Below are positions 28,274 to 38,373 of a stretch of DNA of 64,000 nucleotides, piece after piece. Position numbers and translations under genes: made by a program. The notes below the pieces were generated by a model. That model searched no databases. It was not told the DNA's origin and worked only from the letters and a program-made list of their open reading frames with translations. Position 1 is the first letter of the stretch. The number at the start of each line of letters is the position of its first letter. The stretch is from an uncultured virus (IMG/VR IMGVR_UViG_3300025108_000034) (lineage: Duplodnaviria > Heunggongvirae > Uroviricota > Caudoviricetes), in the IMG/VR virus record IMGVR_UViG_3300025108_000034. One strand, given 5' to 3'.

Positions 28274-29662
28274 ATGCCAGTCCCTTCACCCAGGAATGCA
28301 GTAAAACCGGCAAGGGGCGATTACAGTGACTTGTCGACCAATATTTCGTCTTTAAAAGATGGAGAGATATGCTACGCAATTGATCAAGATCAGCTATATA
28401 TAAATGAAAGCGGAACACTTGTTCCGGCTGGTGTTACTGTGTCTGGCGTTCAGACTGTTACTGGTAACAAAACTTTTTCAGGTGACGTAGACCTGACTGG
28501 AGTTTTTAAAGTAGATTCTACAGCTGTTACTGCTACCGCTATTGAGTTAAACTACACTGGTGACCTTGGAACTTTCACTGGTTCTACAATTGCTGACAAT
28601 TCTAATGTAAAAGTTGCTTTACAAGCGATAGAAACAGCGGTCGAAAGTGGCGGTGGCGGAGGCGGTGGATCTTTGACTGCCGACGATGCCGGAACAGCTA
28701 ACTATTCGTCCGGGACTATCAACATCTCTGGGGATACTGGTATTAGCACTACGGCCAGTGGTAATACTTTAACTATTGACTTAGACGATACTGCGGTTAC
28801 TGCGGCGTCTTACGGAGCAGCTGGGACTGTTGGAACTTTTACTGTTGACGAACAGGGTCGACTGACAAGTGCTTCTGACGTTTCAATTAGCATTGCTCAC
28901 AGTCAGGTCTCTGACTTTGACTCCGGGGTCCAGGCTAACAGATTGGATCAAATGGCCGTGCCTACCGCCTCGGTAAACATGAATAGCCAAAAGATAACTG
29001 GCTTAGCTGATCCGGTATCCGATCAAGATGCGGCGACAAAATCTTATGCAGATGCTCTTGTTTCAGGGCTTGATATTAAAAAATCAACAAGAGTTGCCAC
29101 TACAGCTAATATCACATTAAGCAATACTCAAACTGTCGACAATGTATCTCTAGTTGCTGGAAACAGGGTGCTGGTCAAAGATCAGACAGATGCATCTGAG
29201 AATGGTATTTATGACGTAGTCTCAGGAGGAGGCTGGACTCGTTCTTCCGATGCAGACAATACCCCTTCAGGAGAAGTAACGTCCGGCATGTTTACGTTTG
29301 TAGAGGATGGTGATACAAGTGCTGGCATTGGCTATGTATTGGTCACATCGGATCCTATAACTCTTGGAACAACCGATCTTACTTTCACTCAGTTTTCTGA
29401 GATTGGTGCTGTAACAGCAGGCAATGGTCTTACCAAGACGGGTCAAACTCTGGATGTGGGTACTGCTGACAGTGGCCGAATTGTAGTCAATGCCGACAAT
29501 ATAGACTTAGCGGTTAGTGGAGTTACTGCTGGAACTTACAACGGTTTCACCGTTGATACCTACGGTCGAGCTACGGCATTCTCTCAGCCCACTACACTGG
29601 CTGGATATGGCATTACGGACGCTCTGAGCTCAGACTCTACGATAGACGGCGGAACTTATTGA
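28274..29662 (+). CDS. Tail fibre protein (chain B, part 2)
   Basis: 'DAATKSYAD...RVATTANITLS...RVLVKDQTDASENGIY', 'PTTLAGYGITDA'. Confidence 0.85.
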   Translation: MPVPSPRNAVKPARGDYSDLSTNISSLKDGEICYAIDQDQLYINESGTLVPAGVTVSGVQTVTGNKTFSGDVDLTGVFKVDSTAVTATAIELNYTGDLGTFTGSTIADNSNVKVALQAIETAVESGGGGGGGSLTADDAGTANYSSGTINISGDTGISTTASGNTLTIDLDDTAVTAASYGAAGTVGTFTVDEQGRLTSASDVSISIAHSQVSDFDSGVQANRLDQMAVPTASVNMNSQKITGLADPVSDQDAATKSYADALVSGLDIKKSTRVATTANITLSNTQTVDNVSLVAGNRVLVKDQTDASENGIYDVVSGGGWTRSSDADNTPSGEVTSGMFTFVEDGDTSAGIGYVLVTSDPITLGTTDLTFTQFSEIGAVTAGNGLTKTGQTLDVGTADSGRIVVNADNIDLAVSGVTAGTYNGFTVDTYGRATAFSQPTTLAGYGITDALSSDSTIDGGTY

Positions 29663-29710
29663 TTAGGAAGACTAGCGGGATCGCCTAGATAGGCACGACA
29701 GGATCGCCAC

Positions 29711-32700
29711 ATGGCAAACACCGTTAAGTTGAAGCGTTCAGCAGTACAAGGCAACGCTCCGTCTACAACAGATTTAGCGCTAGGAGAACTTGGCCTAAAC
29801 ACCTATGACGGTAAGCTTTTCATGAAGAAAGACGATGGCACAGAGGCCATTGTGGAGATTGGAGCTGGTGGCACAGATGGAGAGCGAGACTTCATCGCAA
29901 GCGGTACGATAGCCAATGGAAACAGAGTAGTTCTTAATGCAGATGGAACAGTAAGCACCATCACTGGTCCTGCTAGCACCCAGGAGGTTGGGACTGCTGC
30001 TCAATTCGCTACCAGCGCAGTTGGAGTAGGGTCCGCATATGATAGCGTCAATCAGAAGGTTGTTGTTGTTTATCCTAATGGAGGCAGCTCTCAGAGGCCC
30101 ACTGCAGTCGTTGGGACAGTAAGCGGAACATCTATCAGTTTTGGTACTCCTGTTCAACTTGATACGAACAGTTGCTGGGACGTTCGGGCTGTTTACGATG
30201 TAGCCAGCGGGAAGGTGGTTGTTATTTATAGAGACAGTGGTGATAGCTTTAAGGGTAAAGCATTTGTTGGTACAGTAAGCGGAACATCTATTAGTTTTGG
30301 TAGTAAAGTTACATATTCAGCTTCTGGCCTTAGTTATCACTCTATTGTGTATGACGAAACTAACGAAAAAGTAGTAATTGCTTTTAACGGAGGTACTAAC
30401 TCTTCTGGACGCGCTGTTGTTGGTACAGTTTCAGGAACCAGTATAAGCTTTGGATCTGAAGTTTCCCTTACTGGCGAAAACAAAGAGGCAAATTTTATTG
30501 TGGCTGCATATGACAGCACTAACGGTAAGATTGTCGTTGCCTATGAAGACGATGGTAATTCTGGAGATTATGGAAAAGCTGTAGTCGGCACAGTCTCGGG
30601 AACTAGTATAAGTTTTGGCACTCCTGTCACCTTCGAGTCTGCTCAAACTAAACAAATAGCAATTACTTTTGACAGTTTTCAAGATAAAGTAGTCATAAGT
30701 TACCGTGACAACGGAAATAGTAAATATGGAACGGCAATCGTAGGCACGGTCTCTGGTACATCGATTAGCTTTGGCACCCCTGTTGTATTTGAAAATACGC
30801 ATGAGGTGTCTATGACGTCAATGTGTTTTGATAGCGACGAAAACAAGGTAATCATTGCTTATAGGGCTTATTCTGGAAGTGCTGAACAAGGAGGTTATGT
30901 AATAGCTGGCGAGGTGTCTGGAACGTCAATATCGTTTGGCTCTTCCCTTCAGTTTGAGTCAACTGCAGTTGGTACTTACGGTACAAGTCTGTCTTACGAT
31001 AGTGCCAACAGAAGATCAGTCATTTCTTACCGAAACGGGACTCCAGGTCCAGGTAAATCTGTTGTTTACAAGTCGGCAGGTGGCGGAAAAGAGCTAACTT
31101 CTACTAATTATATTGGCTTGGCGGCGGAGTCTATTGCGCATCAAGCTACCGGCAAGATAACTGTTACGGGCGGCATAAACGAAAGCCAGTCTGGGCTAAC
31201 AGTCGCAGAATCATATTACGTCCAATCAGACGGTAGCTTGTCTACGACTGCAGGTACGCCTGCTGTTTTTGCTGGAACCGCTCTGTCAAGCACAAAAATT
31301 CTTGCCAATATACCAGAAGCCAGTAGTAATTCAGAACTGGTTTTGGACACTTCGCCTCAGTTAGGGGGTGACTTGGATATGAATTCCAACTCTATTTCCA
31401 GTGGTGTTCTTGGTGTTAAAAACGAGGGGACTCAGTCAGAGATTCGTCTTTATTGCGAATCAGGAAACGCACATTATGCTGCTATCAAAGCTCCTCTTCA
31501 CAGTGACTTTAGTGGCAATATTGCGTTTACGATGCCTGGAGTGGATGGCACCGCAAATCAAGTCCTTAAAACTGACGGCAGCGGAAATCTTGGCTGGGTA
31601 AGTCAAAGCAGCGGTGGCGGTGGAAGTGGAGGTGGCGCTGCTAGCTCTGTTAGTAATGACACTGGACATCTTTATATCGTCAATGCCACTGGAAACGACG
31701 ACAGTAACATTTATATTCAAGCGGTGTCTGGCGAGAATTCTATCGTTTGTAATGATGATTCAGGTGTCGAACTTTACTATAATGCTAGTTGGAGATTAAC
31801 AACAAGTTCTACTGGGTTTACTGTTAATGGAACTGGCCTGGGCAATTTCAAAGCAAACGACAGCCAATATCTAACAGTAGGAACTGGTGATGATTTTCAA
31901 ATCTACCATGATGAAACTAATACTTATTTAGATAACAATACAGGTCATATTTATATCAGAAATAATGTAAACGACGATGATGGCGGTAATATCTACATCC
32001 AGGCAAAGTCCGGTGAAAACTCTATTGCTTGTAATGATGATTCAAGTGTTAGTCTCTACTATGATGACAGTTGGAGATTCGCTACAAGTTCTAGTGGATT
32101 TACTGTTAATGGAACCGGATTAGGTAATTTTAAAGCAGATGATAATCAATACTTGACAGTAGGAGCTGACAATGATTTCCAGGTTTATCACGACGCAACC
32201 AATACCTACTTAGATAATGATACTGGTTCGATTTACATCCGTAATAACGTTGCCGGTGATGTAGGCGGCAATATTTACATCCAAGCTAAGTCAGGTGAGG
32301 ATTCTATCGTTTGCTACGATGATGCAAGTGTTGTTCTTTACTATGATGGTTCTTGGAGATTTAAAACAACATCCTCTGGAGTTGAAATTCCAGGCACCTT
32401 AACCGTAGGCGTTCTTAATTTCCCAGATGGCAATCAGTTAACTTTTGGAGACAGCAATGACCTCCAGATTTACCATGACGGTGGAGATGGAAGTGAAACT
32501 AACGACACCTTTATCGATAATAATGTTGGTTCTATTTATATCCGAAATAACGTTGACGGGGACGTAAACGCAGATATTTATATTCAGGCCAGGTCAGGTG
32601 AAAATTCCATTGCTTGTTATGATGATTCAAGTGTTGCTCTTTATTATGATGGTTCTTGGAAGTTCCAAACAAGTACTAGTGGATTTACTGTCAATGGAAC

Positions 32701-33949
32701 AGGGCTAGGTAACTTTAAGGCAGGTGATAACCAATATTTAACGGCAGGAACGGGTGATGATTTCCAAATTTACCATAATGAAACTAACACTTATTTAGAT
32801 AATGACACTGGTTCTGTTTATATCCGTAATAACGTTTCTACGGATGTAGGCGGAGATATTTACATCCAAGCTAAGTCCGGCGAGCATTCTATTACTTGTA
32901 ACGATGATTCAAGTGTCGCTCTTTATTATGATGGTTCTTGGAGGCTTCAGACATCATCTTCTGGTTTCACTGTTAACGGGACTGGACTAGGCAACTTTAA
33001 AGCAAATGACAATAATTATTTAACGGCTGGTACTGGTGATGATTTCCAAATTTACCATGATGAAACTAATACCTACTTAGATAATGATACAGGTCATATT
33101 TATATCAGAAACAATGTCGCTGCAGACGTAGGTGGTAATATTTACATCCAAGCTAAGTCAGGTGAAAATTCCATTACTTGTAACGATGATTCAAGTGTCG
33201 CTCTTTATTATGATAACGTTGCAAAGTTACAGACAACCACAAGTGGAGTTGCTGTTAATGGAAATCTTGATATGTCTGCGGACAATTACAAGATATTACT
33301 TGGAACTGATGATGACTTTGAAGTTTATCATGATGGAACCAATACCTACTTAGATAACGACACTGGTGATGTTTATATCAGAAACAATGTCGCTGCAGAT
33401 GTGAGCGGAGACATTCATATTCAAGCTAAGTCTGGTGAAGAAAGTATTGTTTGTAATGATGATAGTAGTGTACAACTTTATTACAATAATGTTCTAAAGT
33501 TGAATACATCAACAAGTGGAGTTAATGTTGCTGGAACAGTAAGTGCTACTGGGTTAGACCTTTCTGGGATGTTGTCTGAGGGGGCTAATATAACTGCAGG
33601 AAAGTTAAGTGCTAATACTAACATTGATCTTGAGGATGGGATGGTTCATTTGTTTACTACGACAGAAACTACAACCTCAACACCAAATATAAGATTTAGT
33701 TCTAGTTCTTCTCTTAATAGTAGTATGTCGATTGGTGATGCAGTTACTGTTGCCTTGATATCAAAAACAGCAGCTGCAGGGTACTCTGCTCAATTACAAA
33801 TTGATGGTACCAACGTAACTGAAGAATGGCTAGGTGGATCTGCTCCAAGTGCTGGTGGGTCAGGTGGATACGATGTTTACACGTATAATATAATCAAAAC
33901 AGCCGATGCAAGCTTTCTTGTGCTGGCAAACTTAGTTAACTTTGCTTAG
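29711..33949 (+). CDS. Long repetitive tail fibre / receptor-binding protein (chain B, part 3)
   Basis: 'LALGELGLNTYDGKLF'; GTVSGTSISFG repeats; about 100-aa DFQIYHD/IYIQAKSGE repeats. Confidence 0.9.
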   Translation: MANTVKLKRSAVQGNAPSTTDLALGELGLNTYDGKLFMKKDDGTEAIVEIGAGGTDGERDFIASGTIANGNRVVLNADGTVSTITGPASTQEVGTAAQFATSAVGVGSAYDSVNQKVVVVYPNGGSSQRPTAVVGTVSGTSISFGTPVQLDTNSCWDVRAVYDVASGKVVVIYRDSGDSFKGKAFVGTVSGTSISFGSKVTYSASGLSYHSIVYDETNEKVVIAFNGGTNSSGRAVVGTVSGTSISFGSEVSLTGENKEANFIVAAYDSTNGKIVVAYEDDGNSGDYGKAVVGTVSGTSISFGTPVTFESAQTKQIAITFDSFQDKVVISYRDNGNSKYGTAIVGTVSGTSISFGTPVVFENTHEVSMTSMCFDSDENKVIIAYRAYSGSAEQGGYVIAGEVSGTSISFGSSLQFESTAVGTYGTSLSYDSANRRSVISYRNGTPGPGKSVVYKSAGGGKELTSTNYIGLAAESIAHQATGKITVTGGINESQSGLTVAESYYVQSDGSLSTTAGTPAVFAGTALSSTKILANIPEASSNSELVLDTSPQLGGDLDMNSNSISSGVLGVKNEGTQSEIRLYCESGNAHYAAIKAPLHSDFSGNIAFTMPGVDGTANQVLKTDGSGNLGWVSQSSGGGGSGGGAASSVSNDTGHLYIVNATGNDDSNIYIQAVSGENSIVCNDDSGVELYYNASWRLTTSSTGFTVNGTGLGNFKANDSQYLTVGTGDDFQIYHDETNTYLDNNTGHIYIRNNVNDDDGGNIYIQAKSGENSIACNDDSSVSLYYDDSWRFATSSSGFTVNGTGLGNFKADDNQYLTVGADNDFQVYHDATNTYLDNDTGSIYIRNNVAGDVGGNIYIQAKSGEDSIVCYDDASVVLYYDGSWRFKTTSSGVEIPGTLTVGVLNFPDGNQLTFGDSNDLQIYHDGGDGSETNDTFIDNNVGSIYIRNNVDGDVNADIYIQARSGENSIACYDDSSVALYYDGSWKFQTSTSGFTVNGTGLGNFKAGDNQYLTAGTGDDFQIYHNETNTYLDNDTGSVYIRNNVSTDVGGDIYIQAKSGEHSITCNDDSSVALYYDGSWRLQTSSSGFTVNGTGLGNFKANDNNYLTAGTGDDFQIYHDETNTYLDNDTGHIYIRNNVAADVGGNIYIQAKSGENSITCNDDSSVALYYDNVAKLQTTTSGVAVNGNLDMSADNYKILLGTDDDFEVYHDGTNTYLDNDTGDVYIRNNVAADVSGDIHIQAKSGEESIVCNDDSSVQLYYNNVLKLNTSTSGVNVAGTVSATGLDLSGMLSEGANITAGKLSANTNIDLEDGMVHLFTTTETTTSTPNIRFSSSSSLNSSMSIGDAVTVALISKTAAAGYSAQLQIDGTNVTEEWLGGSAPSAGGSGGYDVYTYNIIKTADASFLVLANLVNFA
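31650..33500 (+). repeat. Tandem intragenic repeats of roughly 300 bp in the long fibre gene
   Basis: Recurrent nucleotide blocks such as GATGATTTCCAAATTTACCAT, TTAGATAATGA, ATTTACATCCAAGCTAAGTC; boundaries approximate. Confidence 0.8.
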
Positions 33950-33957
33950 AGGTAGCC

Positions 33958-34608
33958 ATGTCACCACCGCTTACAATGCTAGGGATGTCTGGTCCCGTCA
34001 ATACGCTTTCTTCCGCAGTGGCCGGAGAAGGAGGAGGAACAGCTCAGATCAGTTTTAGATATCACATGTACGGAGCCGACATGGGTACTGTTTATCTCTA
34101 CTGGGAAAGCGGTGGTACTTACACATTGCTTTGGTCGAAGACCGGTCAACAGCATTCGGGTCAAACTTACGCCTGGACCTTAGGAGATAGCAGCACTACC
34201 TTAGATGGAAGGGCGGGAGAAACGGGAAACTTTGTTTTTGTCTATTTTAAGGGTGCGAATAAAGGGTATAGAGGTGATGCAGCTTTTTGCGAAATCAGCC
34301 TATCAAGAAGCACTGGTTCCACGGTCAATATTAGTGCCTCTAGTTTTTGGAGAACCACTGCTTCGAATTCATCGGTAAGCAGTTTGACTTCCGCTAGATC
34401 CAGGAGTACCTCAAATTCAGTCCCAACTAACTCCAATAGTACTTGGTGTTATGACGGCGGCGGACCCACTCCAAGCAGTAATACTGGACCAGATAAACAC
34501 CACAACAATATCAGTTACTATGATTACATTTATTTTGAAGCCTCAGGCAGCTCGTCTAGTGCTAACAGGTACTATACTATGAGAACTGCGAACTCTTACA
34601 CTCTTTAG
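33958..34608 (+). CDS. MAM-domain-like protein, apparently circularly permuted
   Basis: 'FRYHMYGADMG...LWS..GQQ...YRGDAA' precedes 'PTPSSNTGP..H...YIYFEASG'. Confidence 0.65.
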   Translation: MSPPLTMLGMSGPVNTLSSAVAGEGGGTAQISFRYHMYGADMGTVYLYWESGGTYTLLWSKTGQQHSGQTYAWTLGDSSTTLDGRAGETGNFVFVYFKGANKGYRGDAAFCEISLSRSTGSTVNISASSFWRTTASNSSVSSLTSARSRSTSNSVPTNSNSTWCYDGGGPTPSSNTGPDKHHNNISYYDYIYFEASGSSSSANRYYTMRTANSYTL

Positions 34609-34612
34609 GAAT

Positions 34613-34798
34613 ATGTCATTCGATACTCTATTCAATCTAAATCACAAGCTGGGTGATGAAAACCCACAAGATGATTTTGAAGTCATTCAGTCAATGACAA
34701 AAGAAGAATCGCTTGCCTATATTGATGCAGAAGGAACGATCACAACAGAAGAGATCCTTGCTCTAGCAGACCAGTTGAGGCAAAATGAGCGAGTCTGA
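34613..34798 (+). CDS. Small acidic hypothetical protein
   Basis: 61 aa, coupled ORF. Confidence 0.45.
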   Translation: MSFDTLFNLNHKLGDENPQDDFEVIQSMTKEESLAYIDAEGTITTEEILALADQLRQNERV

Positions 34799-35909
34799 TT
34801 TTTGGGAAACCTTTTCAAACTATGGGGAAGCAGCTGGGGCTGTCTTTCCTGACTGTGTGGCAGCTCAAGCGGCTTTAGAATCTGGATTCGGGGCACACCT
34901 GTCCGGCGAAAATAATTACTTTGGAATCAAGGGGACTCCAGGAACGACTGTTTCAACTATGGAGCACATCGGTGGAAAATGGATAACCATTAAAGACACG
35001 TTTAAAGATTTTGATTCTCCTTTTGATTGTGTCAAACATCTTGTAAACGAATGGTACAAAGATTATGCAAGTTACAAAGGAGTAAATAGAGCAAAAAGTC
35101 GCGAAGACTGTGCAAAACTATTGATCTTGGAAGGATATGCTACGGATCCAAGGTATTCCGAAAAGTTAATCAAACTAATGGATAAGTACGTGGACAAAGA
35201 CAATCTAACAACAAGCGAGAGTTTTCTCGAAAAGGCTGCCATTTATTACGCAGGAGAAAGGCATCAGACGGCGGCCTGGAGGGCCTTAGAGTCAAGGATT
35301 GACCCAGAGGATCTAAAAGCCTTTAAGACCTCTTACAGAAGCAAGAAAGAGTCTCTGACGGTCACCGGCCTAGGTCATTACCCGCTGGATGTTCCTTACT
35401 TCTATCAAAGAGACAGCAAGACAGGTCATGGGGAAAGAATGTGCTTCTCTAGCAGCATGGCCATGGCTATGGATTTTCTTGATCCGCAGGCTATCGAAGG
35501 AGACGACGATTGGTATTTGAATGAAGTGTTCAAATTTGGCGACAGTGTGTCTTCCTCGGCACAAGTAGCGGCAGCCGAATCTTTGGGCTTTGATGTAGTC
35601 TTTAGAACCGACTTGAGGTTGCGAGACCTTGAGAATCAATTGGATAAGGGAATCCCTGTTCCCATTGGGATCCTGCACAAAGGGACGGTGGAGCATCCTG
35701 CGGGAGGAGGCCATTGGATTTGCGCCATTGGCTATGACGATACGCATTTCTACGTTCACGACCCATTCGGAGAGCTTTCGCTTATTGATGGCGGCTATCC
35801 TTTGTCTGGTCCCAATGACGGCAAATTTCAAAAGTATAGCAAAAAGAACTTAAGCAAAAGATGGGAAGTCGAAGGCTCTGGATCAGGCTGGGGCATGATT
35901 TTCAGTTAG
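34785..35909 (+). CDS. Endolysin: GH73 glucosaminidase plus C39-like peptidase domain
   Basis: 'AAQAALESGFG...NNYFGIKG...GYATDPRYSEKL'; 'VPYFYQRD...MCFSSSMAM...GHWICAIGYD...VHDPFG'. Confidence 0.85.
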   Translation: MSESDFWETFSNYGEAAGAVFPDCVAAQAALESGFGAHLSGENNYFGIKGTPGTTVSTMEHIGGKWITIKDTFKDFDSPFDCVKHLVNEWYKDYASYKGVNRAKSREDCAKLLILEGYATDPRYSEKLIKLMDKYVDKDNLTTSESFLEKAAIYYAGERHQTAAWRALESRIDPEDLKAFKTSYRSKKESLTVTGLGHYPLDVPYFYQRDSKTGHGERMCFSSSMAMAMDFLDPQAIEGDDDWYLNEVFKFGDSVSSSAQVAAAESLGFDVVFRTDLRLRDLENQLDKGIPVPIGILHKGTVEHPAGGGHWICAIGYDDTHFYVHDPFGELSLIDGGYPLSGPNDGKFQKYSKKNLSKRWEVEGSGSGWGMIFS

Positions 35910-35937
35910 GTATCCTTCTGGCAAGACGAATAAAACA

Positions 35938-36150
35938 GTGCGATTATTATTATCCTGGCTGCCAGGCTACTATTATGATGGCCGACAGCTGAAAAGTATG
36001 GGAGAGGCCTTGCCTCCAAGCATGCATGTCAACCCAGAGAACGGTGAGATCCGATACTATTGCCGTCCTTTGTTTGAGGACGGGCCAAGCGTCGGGCTAT
36101 TCATTAGGCATCAAGGGATTGTTGATGCTATTGCTCGCGGTGAAAAGTAA
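35938..36150 (+). CDS. Hypothetical protein
   Basis: Late motif variant at 35909, 29 nt before the GTG. Confidence 0.5.
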   Translation: MRLLLSWLPGYYYDGRQLKSMGEALPPSMHVNPENGEIRYYCRPLFEDGPSVGLFIRHQGIVDAIARGEK

Positions 36151-36212
36151 AAAGCAGCTCCGAAAGGCTGCTTGCTGACCTCACGACTCCAGGCCCATCT
36201 TAGCATATCATA

Positions 36213-36656
36213 TCAATCGTCTTCGAAATCATTTTCATATTCGAGACCGTCAATAGATTCAACAATTGATTTAAGGTGAGAATGCACAAACCTCTCGTCC
36301 CATCCTATTTCTATCAAAAGAGCGTTACCAATCGCCTCGATGGCCTCTGTATGATGATCGGTCCAGTCGCCTGTTTCTATAGCGTGATCTCGAACTTTAT
36401 ACGCGGAGTGTAGTAATTTCAGTTCCATACCCTGAGAAGCCAGCTCTTCTGGTCCATTCTCTGCTTCCGTTTCAGCTTGCTTTGCTTGCACTGGATCGAT
36501 TCGTCTCATAATATAAAAGCCTAAAGTTGCTACTGGCATGCGAATAAATTGCGCTATCCAAATAAGCAAGGCAGCGGGAGTTCCAAATATCCTATCAATT
36601 AGCCAAATAATGCTATAAGTTATTTTTGCTACTGTTTCGAATAAAAAATTTCTCAT
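36213..36656 (-). CDS. Hypothetical membrane-associated protein
   Basis: Hydrophobic N-terminus; GGTAAACTGT 28 nt upstream on the minus strand. Confidence 0.6.
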   Translation of the reverse strand: MRNFLFETVAKITYSIIWLIDRIFGTPAALLIWIAQFIRMPVATLGFYIMRRIDPVQAKQAETEAENGPEELASQGMELKLLHSAYKVRDHAIETGDWTDHHTEAIEAIGNALLIEIGWDERFVHSHLKSIVESIDGLEYENDFEDD

Positions 36657-36684
36657 GATTTTAGCTATTCTCTTACAGTTTACC

Positions 36685-38373
36685 TTAAACTTTACTTATG
36701 GTGTCATCTCTCTGAATTGAACAATGAGAATAGTCCATCACGAGATCAGAGCAGTCAACAAAATTAGCGACTCCGCTCATCCCTCCGTTTCTCCATACGG
36801 CTTGACGTCCGCGAGTTTTAGCATGCCAAAATTCTAAGTCCCGACTAGCATTCGGATCATCTTCGCTAGCTGCTTTCTTCCTGACGATCCATACGGCATG
36901 GGAAACATGAGATAGAGCATCTGTGCCTCTGATCTGGTCCATGCTCGGAGCTGGTCGTTTTCCTCCTTGAAGCCTCTCCTCGTTCATCCCCACTCGATTC
37001 ATTTGAGCTAATACGATCAGGTCAATACCTAATTCTTTTGCGGCAGTCATAAGTTTGTAAGCACGTTCTTCTAGCATTGAAGCTTCTCCGCTAGGAGCGT
37101 TGCGATGACGAGCCAAGCAGTGAAAATGATCTACAACCGCTGCACGCATCTCAGGATGTTTTGCTTTCATTGAACGCAGATTGTTAATAACTGCGCAAAC
37201 ATCAGCTCCCCAAGGAGCCTCGACAAGGATCTCCCCGCCCCTCTCTTGTAAAGCCCCACAAGCGTTTTGTATGTTTTCAGCAATAGCGGCTTTCTTGTGT
37301 GATTCAGGCTGTTTAATGTCTCCAACACTTGCCCAGGAAGTATTTTCATTAAATTTTTTGGTAGCACATGACCAAATGCGTACCCATATCTCGTCTTCAT
37401 CAAGTTCAGCAGATATAAAGCCGACCTTGAGACCACCTGAAGCAAGGCCCACAGCTGCTTGAGCTCCTAAAATGGTCTTGCCTACGCCTGTTCTTGCTGC
37501 AAGAGTAAACAAGCGACCACCGCAGAAGTCGCCTCCAGGAGGATAGACACCTCCTTCCATGTCTAAGTCCATTGCTTGAATGCCGGTACTAACTGGCCTA
37601 ACCTGTTCTTTGGCATTCAAGATCTTATCTATCATCCCAGGTTTTCCGTTTACGCCGTAAAGGATATCAGTAGAGCCTTTAGCATTACCCTGCTGCCCCA
37701 CAGAGCCTCTGAGCATTCCTAAACATTGCATAAGCCTAGTCTGCTGAAACTCAATAGCTTTTTCTAGTTTTGTGTCAGCTTTTTGTACTTGATTAATAGC
37801 TTGAATCATCTCATGGTATATGGCTTTCACACGAGCCTGCCTCAAAAGATCAAGAGCGACAGCCCACTCGGACTCGCCATTCCCGTAAGCAGACATCGCG
37901 TCCGGTGCAGTCAAGTGACTAACAGTCTGATTGAAATCAATAATAGAAACAGACCTACTGCCAGGCTCTAGCAATTGATATCCGCTGATTAGAGCCTCAC
38001 GGCTAATTAGTTTGACAGTGCGGTCTCCAAGATAGGTTCGATCGATTTCATTGCTAATTGCCTTGAATTCAGGAGTTGACCAAAGAGTCATGGGAACAGC
38101 TTGATCATGAGCAACGCCAAAAGCAACTCTCAGCGTAGACCAAAGCTCTCTAGCAAGTCCCGATGGAGAACTTAAAACGCGACACAAAACGATCGCCTCC
38201 TGATCTGTCGTGTCATCAATCTCAGCAGTAGTTGTAGGCTGAATTTTTTCTATGACCCGAGCTGTTCCAATAATTGTCTCAACCTCTTCTTTTGCGCAAC
38301 CAACAATCTTGCCCTCTTCTACCGTCAAGAGCCCAAGATCTGCTGCTTTTTGAATGTAAACAGGAAGAGTCAT
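36685..38373 (-). CDS. dnaB: DnaB-like replicative helicase
   Basis: Walker A 'AARTGVGKT', 'VVDHFH', 'LAQMNR', 'QIRGTD'; ATGA overlap with the upstream gene. Confidence 0.9.
   Translation of the reverse strand: MTLPVYIQKAADLGLLTVEEGKIVGCAKEEVETIIGTARVIEKIQPTTTAEIDDTTDQEAIVLCRVLSSPSGLARELWSTLRVAFGVAHDQAVPMTLWSTPEFKAISNEIDRTYLGDRTVKLISREALISGYQLLEPGSRSVSIIDFNQTVSHLTAPDAMSAYGNGESEWAVALDLLRQARVKAIYHEMIQAINQVQKADTKLEKAIEFQQTRLMQCLGMLRGSVGQQGNAKGSTDILYGVNGKPGMIDKILNAKEQVRPVSTGIQAMDLDMEGGVYPPGGDFCGGRLFTLAARTGVGKTILGAQAAVGLASGGLKVGFISAELDEDEIWVRIWSCATKKFNENTSWASVGDIKQPESHKKAAIAENIQNACGALQERGGEILVEAPWGADVCAVINNLRSMKAKHPEMRAAVVDHFHCLARHRNAPSGEASMLEERAYKLMTAAKELGIDLIVLAQMNRVGMNEERLQGGKRPAPSMDQIRGTDALSHVSHAVWIVRKKAASEDDPNASRDLEFWHAKTRGRQAVWRNGGMSGVANFVDCSDLVMDYSHCSIQRDDTISKV

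Noticed and set aside
31650..33500. Diversity-generating retroelement TR/VR pair
   Set aside because: The repeats are in-frame tandem units, differences are not obviously adenine-specific, and no reverse transcriptase is in the window.
36150..36205. Possible tiny minus-strand sRNA (TGCTAAGAT followed by a terminator hairpin)
   Set aside because: Adequately explained as a bidirectional terminator between convergent genes; the promoter match could be chance.
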